Source: Selaginella moellendorffii (Eukaryota > Plantae > Lycopodiophyta). Taken from it: 64,000 nucleotides of DNA. The DNA lies in NCBI RefSeq assembly GCF_000143415.4, contig NW_003314319.1, positions 196,115 through 260,114 on the forward strand. Reading direction: 5' to 3'. How positions within the stretch are numbered: the first letter of the stretch is position 1; every line of letters begins with the position of its first letter. The notes beneath the pieces were generated by a model. That model searched no databases. It was not told where the DNA came from and was given only the letters and a program-made list of their open reading frames with translations. Made by a program: the position numbers and the translations under genes. This document shows positions 61,460 through 64,000 of this stretch, piece by piece.

Positions 61460-64000
61460 ATCCTCGCCTATGGTACCAGCTCCTACTTGGTCCTACTTGG
61501 TTTCAGCTACTCACTGCACGAGCAATGGAGTGTTAGCCATCCATCTACGGATTCCCAAATCTCTCCCAATCCCCCTCCTCGGGTTAGACTGGACTTAAGG
61601 TTCGGCTACACTCCCCGCAGGCACAAGCATCCAAGCACACCAAGCCTCCAGATTCCTAACACCCATTGGTACCACAAGACTTGATCATGGGACCCTCTAA
61701 ATCCCAAGCCTTGGGTGCAGCACTTGCTTCGAGACGTCGGGGCAAAACACCGTGGCCTAACGGCCCGGTATGGGTACCTCTACCCCCCCACTTCCATCCC
61801 GAAGGGAAGGCCCAAGCCCCTAGGAAGGGCAAGGACCAATGAGCCACAAGGTACTCAAGTGGGGCACCACTCCACATGAGCCGGGAGCACCGTAGTCGGT
61901 TTCCCTTTTGGGAGTGGGAGCTGCTCTTGAGCACTTCCCTAGGTGGCCCCTCCGGCACCACCCAAGCCCATGCTCACTCCCACCCAAGGCCCCTCGGCCC
62001 CAGTCTCAACATCAAGTCAGTTTGGAAATACCAGTGGAGAGTTCCTTCAAGACTAGTTCTTGGACCTCACTATCCCTACTATACTTTTGGAACCCCCTGC
62101 AGCCCCCCCCCCCCCCCTGGGAGAAACACGCTTTGGGCTTTCACCCCTTGAGCTGTATTAGTATGTGGACTTAGTCTCAAAATCGATCTTGGACTCAATC
62201 TCGGACCCGACTTCAGACTCGATCTCGGACTCGATCTCGGACTCGATCTCGGACCCGATCTCGGACTCGACTTCGGACTCGACCTCGGACTCGGTCTCGG
62301 ACCCGATTTGGATCTTGGACTCCGTCTCGAACTCGGTCTCGATCTCAGTCTCCGATTCGGCCTCGGCTCGATCCCGGACTCTATCTCAAACTCAGTCTCA
62401 GAGTCGGTCTTGGACTCGATCTTCGACTCGGTCCCATCCGATGAACTCTTTGTCATTTCGGTCATGCTTTTGGGGATCCTTTAGCCTATGACATCTCGGG
62501 GAGTCGGTTCCTTACAACTCCACCACCCATAGAAGAAGTTCGATGCCCACATCGAATGTCTCTTTTTATCCTACGACTTGTTGACCATGTCTCCGGGGGC
62601 ATCCCCCCACTTAGCGGTGTGCCTAAGTTAGCCTCCCCGGCCAAGAGCCCATGACAACGGAATATAAGTGTCCCTATACCCCTCACCTCACCACGGCCTA
62701 GTATGGGGTCGGGACTTGAACCCAGCCTTGCTTTACTAGGGGGTTGGGACTTGAACCCAACCTCCGTAGAATATGTCTACGGATTCGACATCCCCGTGGG
62801 GAGTCGGGCGTAGTGCCCTATGCCTGGTCGACCTATCCAACCCATGCTAATTAGCTTACCTTCGGCACGCCTTCGGGTCCCAACATATGCCTCTTGCTCA
62901 ACTTCACAAATTGATGTTTTTAATTGAACTTTGCATAAGTACATAGAGTTCTGCCTTGCAAAAATTCCTCCACTAGATCTCACGCGTTCGCTAGGTTCTC
63001 CTCCGGTTCCCATGTTGCTTCAAAATGTGGAAATCCTTTCCACTTCACATGGAACTCTCTCACCTCACGTCCTTGTCGCTTGCTCTTGTGCGCATTGAGG
63101 ATGGCCTTGACTTCGTATTCCTCTTCCCCTTGGATAACCTCAGGTAAAGGTCTCACTTGGTCCTTGCGAAGCGGATCCTCAAAGTATGGCTTGAGTAAGT
63201 TCACGTGGAACACTGGGTGCATCTTACCCATCTCTCGAGGAAGTCGGAGTTGGTAAGCCACTTTACCGATTCGTGCCTCAATCTCGTAAGGCCCCGCGAA
63301 CCTGCTTATGGAACTCAAGATCAATTCATTTACAGGAATACATGCATTTTTACCTTTGGGTCAACTTCCGGTTGATCCCACTTGGTAGCCTAAGGTTCTT
63401 GGTGTTCAACCACACCTTCTCCCCAGCTTGGAACTCTACATCCCAACACTTCTGGTTCGCGTATTTGGTTTGCCTTTGTTGAGCCCGTTCCAAAGAATCC
63501 CTCACTAGATTCCAAATGCTGAGTCTTTCCGCCGTGAATGCCTCCACTACGGGTAACTCTCCATGATACTCGGCCACGCCGAGTTCCACAGGACCTTCAA
63601 TAGCTTGCCCATTGATGACTTCCTATGGACTCACCCCGATACTCGAATGTGGTGAGTTGTTATAACACATTTCCGCAAGTCCCAAATGACTTACCCAATC
63701 GGTCTGGTCTCCCGAGACATAGAATCGCAAATAATCCTCCAGCTGCCTATTCACCCTTTCCGTTTGTCCGTCTGTCAAGAAATGTTAGTGCCAACAACTT
63801 GACTTAATACCCCATAACTATCTGTGGGTGATAGGCTGTGCTGAATTTCAACTTGGTGCGATACTATTCCAGGAGAGTCCTCTAGAACCTACTGGTGAAG
63901 ATCTTATCTCAATCTGAGATGATCTCTTCCGGTCTTCCCCGCACTCAAACCACTTGTTCGAAGAATAGCTTCGCCACACCTTCCGCATCCACCTCCGTTG
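61460..64000 (-). mobile_element. Chromovirus (gypsy) 3' end: integrase, chromodomain, PPT and 3' LTR
   Basis: GPYEIEARIGKVAYQLRLP..MHPVFHVNLLKPY and EYEVKAIL...FHVKWKGFP...TWEPEENL (62980-63324). PPT at ~62517-62529; LTR begins tgtaagg at 62516. The distal LTR end is uncertain. Confidence 0.85.
62165..62432. repeat. Degenerate 6/12-bp tandem repeat (TCGGAC/TCGATC) inside the LTR
   Basis: Direct reading of the sequence. Confidence 0.85.

Noticed and set aside
62079-62491. Ser/Arg/Pro- and Ser/Asp-rich ORFs
   Set aside because: Products of the 6-bp tandem repeat inside an LTR.

Overview
Eukaryotic plant DNA, most consistent with the lycophyte Selaginella. This is inferred from the ~50-bp introns, the PLS-class PPR gene and a TatI-type retroelement. 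The first ~8 kb is gene-rich: a PLS/E-class PPR gene, 2-ODD and nodulin-like MFS pseudogenes, a 5-exon MES11/13/15-like methylesterase and a BSP/PR-17 gene. The rest is a nest of transposons: TRIMs, a Penelope-like RT remnant, an RT-less gag-PR-IN element, two copies of a non-autonomous Ty3/gypsy family, a TatI-like element with an extra RNase H, an element with an extra ORF, and a chromovirus end. One intact, very AT-rich secreted B-lectin gene sits among them. The most striking feature is a 13.3-kb DNA transposon (47010-60285) with 24-bp TIRs and a 4-bp TSD (AGTG). It carries a Sola1-like DDD transposase and a divergent multi-exon cargo gene with tentative ParB-like, methyltransferase-like and FCP1/NIF HAD-like regions. 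It also carries about 25 dispersed copies of a 22-bp palindrome (ATGGCRTGWGGCCWCAYGCCAT), several of them one per intron. Together these suggest a transposon-encoded protein/binding-site system. All domain calls are by eye from motifs; no searches were run.
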